Shown here one piece after another: positions 9,749 through 19,398 of a DNA stretch of 64,000 nucleotides. A model generated the notes under the pieces. It did not search any database. It saw only the letters and a list, made by a program, of their open reading frames with translations, and had not been told where the DNA came from. The DNA is from Promethearchaeota archaeon (GTDB lineage Archaea; Asgardarchaeota; Lokiarchaeia; Sigyniarchaeales; SOKP01). Location of the stretch: positions 1-64,000 of the forward strand of contig JBHLNT010000005.1 of NCBI GenBank assembly GCA_048941265.1, read 5' to 3'. A program made the position numbers and the translations under genes. Positions within the stretch are counted from its first letter, which is position 1, and the number at the start of each line of letters is the position of its first letter.

Positions 9749-9826
9749 CATTTAATTGGATTTATCTACTCTATTTTTATAAGGTATTAAATTCTATATT
9801 ATATCAGTTTATCAAATAACTGGTTT

Positions 9827-10666
9827 GTGAAAATAATGTCTGATGGAAGGGAAAGCGGATTGTTTAAACCCCGGTTAATAAAAGAAGACGATATGTATGG
9901 TAAAGAAGGGTATATTTTAAATCTCATAAAGCCTAATATTTACCAATTTGCTTCCAGAGGTGCAGGCTGTCATGTTTACCTTATTATAGGGGAGGAATTA
10001 AATGTTCTAATAGATACGGGAATAATTTCGAAGTTTAACAGTTTTAATTATTTGCTTACCACTGAGGTGGGATTAAGGGTTGAGGACATTGATTTAGTTA
10101 TCAATACCCACGAGCATTTTGATCATATATCATCTAATGCATATTTTCATTGTGCGATTGCGGCTCATCGATTAGCAGCTACTAAAATCCAACACACAGA
10201 CGAATTAATCACAAAAGGCAAAAAATGGGGAATCGATTTAACCGATTTAAAAGTAAACATCTGGCTCGAAGATGGAAATATCATTGATTTAGGTAATGTA
10301 TTTTTAAAAATAATCGCAACCCCCGGACATACGTCAGGCTGCATTTGTATCTATGATCCCTATAAACATTACATTTTTACTGGAGATACTTTATTCCAAG
10401 GATCGTCCACAAATATCTACGAATCAGGCTCTATATCGGAATATATAAATTCTCTTCAAATTTTAAATACCCTAAAAATTAGAAGCTTTTATCCGGGCCA
10501 TGGAAATTGGGTCATAGGATTCGAGGAGGTAAATAAAGAGATTGAGAATTCGATTAAAAATGCCAAAAAGGAACTGCAGGTGTTTATAGATAAAGTGAAG
10601 AGCAAATCTCTTGAGTATGCACGACCTCCTCCTTCTCTTTATAGAAGAGAAAAGGAAGATTTATAG
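9827..10666 (+). CDS. MBL-fold metallo-hydrolase
   Basis: THEHFDH, TPGHT, FTGD and PGHG motifs. Confidence 0.9.
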   Translation: MKIMSDGRESGLFKPRLIKEDDMYGKEGYILNLIKPNIYQFASRGAGCHVYLIIGEELNVLIDTGIISKFNSFNYLLTTEVGLRVEDIDLVINTHEHFDHISSNAYFHCAIAAHRLAATKIQHTDELITKGKKWGIDLTDLKVNIWLEDGNIIDLGNVFLKIIATPGHTSGCICIYDPYKHYIFTGDTLFQGSSTNIYESGSISEYINSLQILNTLKIRSFYPGHGNWVIGFEEVNKEIENSIKNAKKELQVFIDKVKSKSLEYARPPPSLYRREKEDL

Positions 10667-10671
10667 TTGTG

Positions 10672-11283
10672 TTAAAATAGGATCGGTTTGAGTTCTGCTT
10701 TAGCTCCACAATAATTACAGAACTTCAAATTCTTGATAAAAAATTCGCCACAACTTTTACAATATTGAAGATTTTGCTTAATAATTTCCTTAGATACGTT
10801 TAAAAATGCATTTTCGACGTTTTCACCAGTTTTTGATGATGTTTCAATAGGATCTCCTAAGCAATTAAATTTCTGGCTTACCTTTTGAGCTTCTGCGCGG
10901 GATATTACTCTCTGGCCTTTTAAATCAATTTTGGTACCAATTAAAATCTTGATTACTTTTTCAATTGCATTTTTATCAATTATTTTTACCCAATTTTTAA
11001 CATCATCTAATGATTCTTTATTAGTAATATCATATAATATCAGAGCTGCGGAAGCACCATTACAATAAGAAGGAAAGAGTGTTCTATACTTTTCCTCTCC
11101 ACCAAAATCCCAGATATGTAATTCAATACTGATTTTGTCATTTATATCAACTTTCTTTCTTTTAAAAGCCACACCTATTGTTGACATAGTTTTTTCATGG
11201 AAAACATTATCACAGAATCGTGCGATTAACGAACTTTTCCCAACGTCTTTTGTTCCAGCAAGAACGATTTTGTATTTTAACAT
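10672..11283 (-). CDS. Rab-like small GTPase with C-terminal zinc ribbon
   Basis: GTKDVGKS, STIGVAF, WDFGGEE, TKID, TSSK; C-terminal CKSCG...FCNYCG. Confidence 0.92.
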   Translation of the reverse strand: MLKYKIVLAGTKDVGKSSLIARFCDNVFHEKTMSTIGVAFKRKKVDINDKISIELHIWDFGGEEKYRTLFPSYCNGASAALILYDITNKESLDDVKNWVKIIDKNAIEKVIKILIGTKIDLKGQRVISRAEAQKVSQKFNCLGDPIETSSKTGENVENAFLNVSKEIIKQNLQYCKSCGEFFIKNLKFCNYCGAKAELKPILF

Positions 11284-11433
11284 TTTTCGGTATATTCTTA
11301 TGTTAAGTTAATTAGAGATGATAATTATATAAAAACTTTTCATAATAATGAGGTGAAAAATTTTCCGTTTAAATTTTAAAATATCAAAAGAAAAGCATAA
11401 CTATTTTGTAAAATTAGTCGTTGTATTACCTTT

Positions 11434-12009
11434 CTAAATCTGTTGAGGATAACTTTGTAAATAATCCTCCACAAATAATTCCATCATTACTTCGTCATAG
11501 TAGGTCGCATCCATATAGAACTGTTTTTTTCTTACTCCAACTACCCTGAATCCTATCTTTTTGTAAAGGTGCAGAGCACGCTCGTTATTTGAAAAGCAGC
11601 TTAATATGATTTTTTCTTTGTTATTTAGTTTTTTAGATTCACGTACAGCCATATCTATTAACTGCTTCCCAAGACCTAGATCCCGATATTCTTCTGAAAT
11701 AATGATTCCAAGACTTCCTACATGCGTCGCTGCTTCCCATTCTAAATTTGAAATTTCACATTGTCCTATAATATTGTAGGGAGATTTAAGATTAGTGATT
11801 TCTGCGACAATACAAATTTCGTGTTCCCGTTTAATGTTATCATACCAAGAATTTTTTTCAACTTCGGTTCTAACGGGGGTGAATACTGGAAGGTATGTGC
11901 CCTCTTCTAATACTTCGTTAAAATTTTTCCAAATACCATCTAAATCCGATTTTTTGACATGTCTTAAAATAACTGTTTGTCCTGTTTCTATTTCTATGAC
12001 TTTTTTCAT
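11434..12009 (-). CDS. GNAT family N-acetyltransferase
   Basis: YRDLGLGKQL; NERALHLYKKIGF. Confidence 0.9.
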   Translation of the reverse strand: MKKVIEIETGQTVILRHVKKSDLDGIWKNFNEVLEEGTYLPVFTPVRTEVEKNSWYDNIKREHEICIVAEITNLKSPYNIIGQCEISNLEWEAATHVGSLGIIISEEYRDLGLGKQLIDMAVRESKKLNNKEKIILSCFSNNERALHLYKKIGFRVVGVRKKQFYMDATYYDEVMMELFVEDYLQSYPQQI

Positions 12010-12068
12010 TATTTAATTTATAGGTTTTATAATTAAAAATATATATTTCTAAAATTTATTCTATAATT

Positions 12069-12506
12069 ATGGAAAATGAAAAAGATGATACATCTAATAA
12101 CGATAAAGAAAATTTAGCTGATGTATTTAAAAAAGGCGCTCAAGATAAAAACAAAGCAGTTGCGAAAGACTTAGTTCAATTAAAACATGTGGAAACTAAA
12201 AAGCAAGAAGTAAGTCAGGAAACTAAGAAACTTGCAGATGCTTTAAAAGAACAAGGAGAGGATGATAAACTTTCAAACGATGAAATCACTATTCTCGAGT
12301 CATTTGTTGGCAAACGTTTATTCTTGAGAAGAATCGCGATTGTCGTTAATCAAAGCAGAATTCCTCTCGGGATTGAGCCATTTAAAAAAGAAGATTTAGA
12401 AAAATTGCTCGATCGCTTAATCCATCATGGTTATATAGATTTTGATATTGTTAATGATGAGCGAGTATATTTTCTAACTGAGAAAGGAAAGGAACATATT
12501 CAATAA
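12069..12506 (+). CDS. Hypothetical protein: charged N-terminus with WH2/thymosin-like LKHVET motif, C-terminal winged helix
   Basis: LDRLIHHGYI...YFLTEKG wHTH end; LKHVET at 12180-12197. Confidence 0.6.
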   Translation: MENEKDDTSNNDKENLADVFKKGAQDKNKAVAKDLVQLKHVETKKQEVSQETKKLADALKEQGEDDKLSNDEITILESFVGKRLFLRRIAIVVNQSRIPLGIEPFKKEDLEKLLDRLIHHGYIDFDIVNDERVYFLTEKGKEHIQ

Positions 12507-12551
12507 AAATATAAAAAAGAAATATAACAACAAGATGAGTGATTCAACAAC

Positions 12552-12854
12552 TTAATCTTTCTTTAGAATCAACTTTTCTATAGGAATGTCCTGGTATTCC
12601 CCATCAGGAAGCTCTCGTCTTATTGTTAAAGGCAATATTCTTGATTTTAACTCCAATTGTGCAATTTTAATCGGATCAATCATATTTTTTGGTTTTTCTA
12701 CCAATATTGGTGCTCCAAAACTTATTTGTAATGCTCTGGCACCTACAATCCTAGCTTTTTCATACCGAGTTAAGAAGATTGTGCCAATTTTAACATACTG
12801 TTCTACTTCTTTATATTTTTTACGTAATTCTCGAGATTCTAAGAAGCTTGACAA
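12552..12854 (-). CDS. rpo6: DNA-directed RNA polymerase subunit K (Rpo6)
   Basis: [22 protein letters not shown]...IAQLEL...[12 protein letters not shown]. Confidence 0.97.
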   Translation of the reverse strand: MSSFLESRELRKKYKEVEQYVKIGTIFLTRYEKARIVGARALQISFGAPILVEKPKNMIDPIKIAQLELKSRILPLTIRRELPDGEYQDIPIEKLILKKD

Positions 12855-12971
12855 AGTGATTCAAACCTAAAAATAAGTAGTTAAAAACTGTAATAATGGA
12901 TTTGATTTAACTTTTTTGGTTTTCACTACGATTTCATGCCAAAAAATTAGGGTAAAAATTAAAAATAATAA

Positions 12972-13076
12972 TGCGCGAGGAGGGATTTGAACCCCCGACC
13001 ATCGAGATCTATATTTTTAGGAATATAGACTTACACGGTGTGAACGTGTCGTTATACCGAGCTAAACCACTCGCGC
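12972..13076 (-). tRNA. tRNA-Val(CAC) with a 31-nt intron (13001-13031) at position 44/45
   Basis: Acceptor stem GCGCGAG/CTCGCGC; anticodon arm ACACG-TTCACAC-CGTGT; T arm GGGGG-TTCAAAT-CCCTC. Intron removal gives the standard variable loop AGGTC and a 74-nt tRNA. Confidence 0.9.
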
Positions 13077-13337
13077 TTAAGAGATATATAAAACAATGTG
13101 CCATAAGAATTAAATCTTTCAGATCAGATCTCTTGAAATTGGGAGTGACATATTAAATTATTAAATTGTTATTAAAAATTTTTAAGAATTTAAATATTTT
13201 TTAAGTATTTTATAGACTCCGCCAATTTAAATAAGATAATAAGGTTAATTACTCAACAGGCCTATATAAAGTCGTTTTTGGTGATTTAAGTTTTAAAAAC
13301 TGAACATTATATCTCTCATCCGTTTATCAAAAAAGAT

Positions 13338-15665
13338 TTGGTTCTCAGAAGAGAATACCAAGAAAACATATTTATAAGTTGCTTAAATCACAATTGTTTA
13401 GTAGTTATTCCCACAGGTCTCGGTAAAACGATAATTGGTTTAATGCTAGCAGTACACAGATTAACAGAGAAACCAGAATCTAAAGTTATCTTTTTAGCTC
13501 CAACAAAACCTTTAGTTGAACAGCATTATAAATCATTTTTAGACCTAACTACTTTAACTCAGGAATCGCTGAAATGCATTACAGGCGCAACACAACCAGG
13601 AAAAAGAAAAGCATTATGGGAGGATTTGACGATTGCTTTCATGACTCCACAAGTTCTCCAAAATGACATAATTTCAAAAACTTATTCTATTCAAGATGTT
13701 TCGTTGATAATTTTTGATGAATGTCATAGAGCAGTGGGCGATTATGCTTATTGCTTTATTGCCAAAAAATATATTGATGACGCAGAATGCCCTCAGATAT
13801 TAGGTCTTACGGCCAGTCCAGGATCAACTAAAGAGAAAATTAATGAGATTAAAGAAAATTTATTTATCGATCACGTTGAAATTCGAACTGAGAATGATTC
13901 TGACGTACAACCATATATTCATAATGTGGATAATGAGTGGATAAAAATTAAACTTCCAAATGAATTTTTAGAAATAAACAAGATTCTAACAGAAAGTTTA
14001 AAAAATAACTACAAATGGCTAAAAGAAAATGATTTGATTGGATCTTATGATGTAAATAAAGTTAATCGGAAAGATCTATTGAAGATTAATAATCAGATAA
14101 ATCGCAGAATTTCATATGCAAGAGATGATAATGAAAAATTCCAAATGTTCACTGCTAAAAAATTAGCGGCTAATGCTATCAGATTATCCCATATGTCTGA
14201 ATTGATAGAGACGCAAGGCGTTAATGCGTTAAAAGATTATATTGAAAAAAATGAAGAAAAAATAAAGAGAAATAGTGCTAATAAATCTTTAAAAGAGTTA
14301 TTTTATGATAAGGATTTTAAGCGAGTAAAAAATTTAGTAGTTGAAATTCAATCAAAAGGTATTGTTCATCCCAAATTAGTAAAGTTAAAGGAATTATTGA
14401 CATCCCAATTAACTGAGAATAATAATTCTCGGATTTTAGTGTTCTGTCATTTTAGGGACTCTGTTAATAATATTGTAAGATTTTTTAAAGACGATGGTAT
14501 AATAAAAGCCCATAAATTTGTGGGTCAAGCTTCTAAAGGTACAGATAAAGGATTAACGCAAAAAGAGCAGATAAGTCTTCTTGAGGATTTTAAGGATGGT
14601 GTTTATAATACTCTAATCGGAACGAGTGTTGCTGAAGAAGGTCTTGATATAGCAGAATGCGATTTAGTAATTTTTTACGATGTTGTCCCCAGTGCAATAC
14701 GATCAATTCAACGTCGTGGTCGTACTGGAAGAAAGAAAGAGGGAAAAGTATATGTATTGATGGCAGAAGACACTAGAGATGAGGGATATTATTGGGCAGA
14801 AAAAGTTAAGGAAAGAAATATGAAGGAAAGTTTGAAAATGATAAAGAATGGTGAAAAAGAACCAGATTCTAAAAAGCAGAAAAATATTTTAAATTATGTT
14901 TTACCAGAAAAAAAAGAGAGCGCCCAAAATAACCATTTAGAAGAAGAAAATATCAAGATTGAGGTTGAGAGTGTTGAAGAGCTCGACTCGCCATCAATTA
15001 AAAAGATAGAAGATGCTAATAAGTTTATAATTATCTGTGATAACAGAGAAACCGCCTCGCCGGTTGTACGGATTCTATCTTTAATGGGAATAACTTTAAA
15101 ATTAGAGCAATTGCCTGTCGCGGATTATATAATCTCTGAAAGAGTAGGGATTGAAAGAAAGTCAGCACAAGATTTTAATGATTCTATAAAGGATGGTCGT
15201 TTATTTAATGAATTAATAGACTTGAAAAATAATTTTAAGCGAGCTATTCTAATTTTAGAGGGGAACCCATTTCATCATTCAAATATTAATGAAAATGCGC
15301 TATATGGAGCTATAACCTCTATTATTTTGAATTTAGGAATTACCATCTACAAGACTGAGAATCCAGAAGAAACTGCCACATTTTTGTTTCAATTAGCCAA
15401 AAAAGAACAAGTTGGAAATAAAACTCAAATGAAACTTAGGTTTGAAAAAGCTCCTCTTGAATTATCTCATCTATTAGAGTTTATTATTGCAGGAATTCCT
15501 GGAGTAAATTATTCCAGGGCTAAAAATTTATTAAGAGAATTTAAGACGCTGCAACAAATATTTAATTCAGATATTCCAGATTTAACAAAAGTTGATAATA
15601 TTGGCAAGAAAATTGCTCAGGAAATATATAAGATAAGCAGATATAAATACAAAACCAATACTTAG
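13338..15665 (+). CDS. hef: Hef / FANCM-like DEAH helicase fused to ERCC4 nuclease (true start probably near 13293)
   Basis: PTGLGKT, DECHRA, QRRGRTGR; ERCC4 motifs DNRE and ADYIISERVGIERKS; C-terminal HhH. Confidence 0.93.
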   Translation: MVLRREYQENIFISCLNHNCLVVIPTGLGKTIIGLMLAVHRLTEKPESKVIFLAPTKPLVEQHYKSFLDLTTLTQESLKCITGATQPGKRKALWEDLTIAFMTPQVLQNDIISKTYSIQDVSLIIFDECHRAVGDYAYCFIAKKYIDDAECPQILGLTASPGSTKEKINEIKENLFIDHVEIRTENDSDVQPYIHNVDNEWIKIKLPNEFLEINKILTESLKNNYKWLKENDLIGSYDVNKVNRKDLLKINNQINRRISYARDDNEKFQMFTAKKLAANAIRLSHMSELIETQGVNALKDYIEKNEEKIKRNSANKSLKELFYDKDFKRVKNLVVEIQSKGIVHPKLVKLKELLTSQLTENNNSRILVFCHFRDSVNNIVRFFKDDGIIKAHKFVGQASKGTDKGLTQKEQISLLEDFKDGVYNTLIGTSVAEEGLDIAECDLVIFYDVVPSAIRSIQRRGRTGRKKEGKVYVLMAEDTRDEGYYWAEKVKERNMKESLKMIKNGEKEPDSKKQKNILNYVLPEKKESAQNNHLEEENIKIEVESVEELDSPSIKKIEDANKFIIICDNRETASPVVRILSLMGITLKLEQLPVADYIISERVGIERKSAQDFNDSIKDGRLFNELIDLKNNFKRAILILEGNPFHHSNINENALYGAITSIILNLGITIYKTENPEETATFLFQLAKKEQVGNKTQMKLRFEKAPLELSHLLEFIIAGIPGVNYSRAKNLLREFKTLQQIFNSDIPDLTKVDNIGKKIAQEIYKISRYKYKTNT

Positions 15666-15760
15666 AATTTTATTTTCGCGTATTTATGCTTAGAGATTTC
15701 AACTATTTTATATAATAATAAAAATTATATGATTTCTTTCTGATTTATATTTGGAATATT

Positions 15761-16948
15761 ATGAAAGAAAGGATTTATAAATTTGACGAGTTTATTGATC
15801 GTAAGAATACTTGCTCAGTTAAATGGGATGGAACAGATAAATTCTTTCACAGAAAGGGCTTATTATCGATGTGGGTGGCAGATATGGATTTTCTTTCACC
15901 TCGTCCCATTATTGATGCAATCATTCGCCGAGCAGAACATGGCGTATTCGGGTATATTTTTCTCAGTTCTCGATATTATGAGGCTGTAATAAATTGGTTT
16001 CAACGGCGTCATAATTGGATGTTAGATAAAAGGTGGATATATTATTCACCTGGAGTTCTCCCTGGAATAAGTTTTGCGGTACAAGCGTTCAGTAACCCAG
16101 GAGATAAAATTATTATTCAAAATCCCATATACACCCCATTTTACCATATTATTAAAAATAATAGTCGTAAACGATTATTAAATCCTTTAAAATTTTCTAA
16201 TGGACGGTATGAGATGGATTTTAAAGATTTAAATATAAAAGCAAGGCATCCTCGTGCAAAACTCATGATTTTATGTAATCCACATAACCCAACAGGGAGA
16301 GTTTGGACGAGAGAAGAATTAACTGTCCTTGGAGAAATTTGCCTAGAGAATCATATACTAGTCATTGCTGATGAAATTCACTGCGATTTAGTCTATCCCG
16401 GATATAAATATGTGCCATTTGCCTCGATTTCCAGAGAATTCGCCCAGAATTCAGTAACATGTAATTCTCCAAGCAAGACCTTTAATTTACCTAGTTTAAA
16501 AATTGCTAATGTAATTATTCCAAACGCTCAATTACGAACTAATTTTAATAAAATTAGACAAAGTCATCATATTACTGTCCCAAATTGTTTTGCTTCAGCT
16601 GCGTTAGAAGCGGCCTATAATGAGTGTGAAGATTGGGTGGATGATCTTATGTTATACATAAAAGAGAATCTGGAATTTTTGAAAAATTTCATTAAAGAAC
16701 ATATTCCAGAAATTAAGGTTATTCAACCAGAAGGCACTTATTTGGTGTGGCTTGATTTCCGAGAATTAGGATTCGAAAGCAAAGAATTAACTGAGTTATT
16801 ATTTGGTAAGGCAAAAGTAGCGTTGTGGGAGGGATATCTTTTTGGAAGTGGGGGCAAGGGATTTGAACGTATAAATATTGCTTGTCCACGCTCTATTTTA
16901 AAAGAAGGACTCAATAGAATTGCGACTGCTATAAAAAATTCAAAATAA
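15761..16948 (+). CDS. MalY/PatB family PLP-dependent enzyme (cystathionine beta-lyase-like)
   Basis: MWVADMDF, LCNPHNPTGRVW, DEIH, SPSKTFN, EGTYLVWLD. Confidence 0.92.
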   Translation: MKERIYKFDEFIDRKNTCSVKWDGTDKFFHRKGLLSMWVADMDFLSPRPIIDAIIRRAEHGVFGYIFLSSRYYEAVINWFQRRHNWMLDKRWIYYSPGVLPGISFAVQAFSNPGDKIIIQNPIYTPFYHIIKNNSRKRLLNPLKFSNGRYEMDFKDLNIKARHPRAKLMILCNPHNPTGRVWTREELTVLGEICLENHILVIADEIHCDLVYPGYKYVPFASISREFAQNSVTCNSPSKTFNLPSLKIANVIIPNAQLRTNFNKIRQSHHITVPNCFASAALEAAYNECEDWVDDLMLYIKENLEFLKNFIKEHIPEIKVIQPEGTYLVWLDFRELGFESKELTELLFGKAKVALWEGYLFGSGGKGFERINIACPRSILKEGLNRIATAIKNSK

Positions 16949-17059
16949 AATTTCAAAGTATATTTTAAATAAATAAATATTTTTAAGCATAATAACTATA
17001 AAATAATATAATCGAATTTAATTCATACAATAGAGTATTTTCTGAGAGTAAATTTTTTA

Positions 17060-17650
17060 ATGATAAAATTTAAAGTGGTAATAGCTGGTCAGAAGGATGT
17101 AGGGAAAACTTCACTCCTTCGCAGGTATGCAACTGGTAAATTCGATACTTCTACGCTTAGTACGATTGGTGTGGATTTTGAGACAAAAAAAATTATAGTG
17201 GATGATGTAGAAATCCTACTCAATCTTTGGGATTTTGCGGGAGAAAAAAAATTTAGAACTCTTTTTCCCTCCTATGTTTCTGGGGCTTCAGGGGCTCTGA
17301 TATTGTATGATATTACCAGCAAAGATTCTCTTTATGATCTTGAAAGTTGGATGGATGTTATTGATAATGTTCAAAATCCTCCTAGAACAAGGATATTGAT
17401 TGAACATAAAATAGATTTAGAAGACCAACGGGAAGTGACCAGAAAGGAAGCAAAGAAATTTCATAAAAAATTTAATTATCAAGGAGAAATTTTAAGTGCT
17501 TCAGCAAAAACTGGAGAAAATGTGGAAAATGTATTTGTCACATTAGGAAAAGAGATTCTGAAAAATTCTTTACGCAAATGCCCCAATTGTGGAAAACATT
17601 TTCCTATTGAACTTAAGTTTTGTCAATATTGCGGAACAAAAACTTATTAA
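17060..17650 (+). CDS. Rab-like small GTPase with C-terminal zinc ribbon
   Basis: GQKDVGKT, STIGVDF, WDFAGEK, HKID, SAKTG; C-terminal CPNCG...FCQYCG. Confidence 0.92.
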   Translation: MIKFKVVIAGQKDVGKTSLLRRYATGKFDTSTLSTIGVDFETKKIIVDDVEILLNLWDFAGEKKFRTLFPSYVSGASGALILYDITSKDSLYDLESWMDVIDNVQNPPRTRILIEHKIDLEDQREVTRKEAKKFHKKFNYQGEILSASAKTGENVENVFVTLGKEILKNSLRKCPNCGKHFPIELKFCQYCGTKTY

Positions 17651-17816
17651 CTTGATTAAACTTTTATATTAATTTAAAGACTTTCTAGACTTTTTTTTGA
17701 AATACAACCTCAAATTAAGTTCAATTAAAACTGAAATTTTTAAAAAAAAATATATCTTAAAGAGAATTTATTTACAAAAAAAGGAAGTTAATATCCTAAA
17801 TTTAAAGGTTTTAAGA

Positions 17817-18881
17817 TTGAATTACGAAATTTCTCAAGATGTAGACGAAATCATAAATAGAATTGAAAAAGAAAATATCTCATTTAGAGATAAAACAGTA
17901 TTAGTTACCGGTGGTGCAGGATTTCTCGGCTCATGGACGTGTGATGTTTTAGTGAAGCAAGGAGCTTACTGCATTTGTATAGATAATTTATCCTCAGGGA
18001 GATTTGAAAATATTACCCATCTAATGGATTCATCGAATTTCAGATTTGTTAATCACGATATTTCAGTCCCGATATATTTTGGTTTAACCCATCATCCAAA
18101 AGGTATTTGCGTAGGAGATATTAAAAAGGTTGATATGGTCATGCATATGGCAAGTAGAGCTTCACCCTTTGAATTTGAAAAATATCCAATTCCCATATTA
18201 AAGAGTAATACGCTTGGTACTATGAATGCCTTAGGGATTGCTAAGGCGCACAATTCGCTATTTTTCTATACAAGCACTTCAGAAGTATATGGCAATCCTC
18301 CTGATGATGTTGTACCAACTCCAGAAACATATTTTGGGCACGTGAATCCCGTAGGTCCTCGTAGTTGCTACGACGAGTCAAAAAGGGCAGGAGAAGCTTT
18401 TGTGAAAGCATATGAGCTTCAACATGATATTAAAACTAAAATAGTTAGAATTTTTAATACTTCTGGCCCAAGAATCCGTTCTGGTCCTGAATTTGGGAGA
18501 GTAATTCCCAATTTTATTCACCAAGCTCTCAATGACCAGAATATAACCGTTTTTGGAGATGGATCTCAGACTCGCTCATTTACCTATGTTGTTGATGAAA
18601 TCGAAGGTTTTTTGAAAATGGTTCATAAAAAAGAGGCGCTCGGGGAAGTTATCAATTTAGGAAATGATAAAGAATTTACCATATTAGAATTAGCAAATAT
18701 TATAATTGAATTGACAAATTCTCAATCAAAAGTTGTATATAAACCTCTTCCCATAGACGATCCCGTAAGAAGGTGTCCTGATTTGAAAAAAGCAAAAGAA
18801 ATTTTGAATTGGGAGCCAACTACTACGTTAAAAGAAGGTCTGAAAAAAACGATTGCATGGTTTAAAAGTAATGAACAGTAA
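17817..18881 (+). CDS. UDP-glucuronate decarboxylase-like NAD-dependent epimerase/dehydratase
   Basis: VTGGAGFLGS, TSTSEVYG, GPRSCYDESKR, DDPVRRCPD. Start uncertain: TTG at 17817 is preferred over the ORF-track start at 17697. Confidence 0.88.
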   Translation: MNYEISQDVDEIINRIEKENISFRDKTVLVTGGAGFLGSWTCDVLVKQGAYCICIDNLSSGRFENITHLMDSSNFRFVNHDISVPIYFGLTHHPKGICVGDIKKVDMVMHMASRASPFEFEKYPIPILKSNTLGTMNALGIAKAHNSLFFYTSTSEVYGNPPDDVVPTPETYFGHVNPVGPRSCYDESKRAGEAFVKAYELQHDIKTKIVRIFNTSGPRIRSGPEFGRVIPNFIHQALNDQNITVFGDGSQTRSFTYVVDEIEGFLKMVHKKEALGEVINLGNDKEFTILELANIIIELTNSQSKVVYKPLPIDDPVRRCPDLKKAKEILNWEPTTTLKEGLKKTIAWFKSNEQ

Positions 18882-19398
18882 AGTGAATCATAAAGAAAAA
18901 TCCGAAATAGAATTAGCCAGCATACAATTTGAACGGCTTTTAAGATTTTCATTAATTTGTGGAATTTTAATTGTATCTGGATTTATAGTTTATTATATAA
19001 TGACTCCTGAGGAGGGCTATATTGGATTTGGAATTTTAAATAAAGATGAACGAGCAGAGGATTATCCTACTACAGCAAAAGTGAATGAATCAATTGGCTT
19101 TTATGTGACTGTTGAAAACGAATTAGATCACGATTTTACCTTTAAAGTTATAATATTTTTAGGAAATAAAGATACAAAACTAACTCCTGACGAGGGTTCA
19201 AAACACGCAAATAAAACGTCTACTACGGATAAAGAAACCTTAAAACCAAGTGAGGATTGGATGTCGAAAAAATTATATGTGAAATTTCCATATAACGGCA
19301 CAGATCAAATTTTAATAGTAGAATTATGGAAATACAATGAAGATAATAGTAGGGAATTTTGGGATATCCTCTGGTTGCGAATAGATGTTTATAGCTAA
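18871..19398 (+). CDS. DUF1616-like membrane-anchored protein
   Basis: One TM, then EGYIGFGILN...AEDYPT...LWLRIDV; ATG at 18871. Confidence 0.6.
   Translation: MNSKVNHKEKSEIELASIQFERLLRFSLICGILIVSGFIVYYIMTPEEGYIGFGILNKDERAEDYPTTAKVNESIGFYVTVENELDHDFTFKVIIFLGNKDTKLTPDEGSKHANKTSTTDKETLKPSEDWMSKKLYVKFPYNGTDQILIVELWKYNEDNSREFWDILWLRIDVYS

Noticed and set aside
12971-13156. 61-aa ORF from the ORF track
   Set aside because: It is the antisense of the tRNA-Val gene.
18065-18125. Second mRNA intron in the epimerase (extra segment YFGLTHHPKGICVGD with a weak hairpin)
   Set aside because: No 4-bp central helix with paired 3-nt bulges could be built and the frame is open; probably a protein loop insertion.
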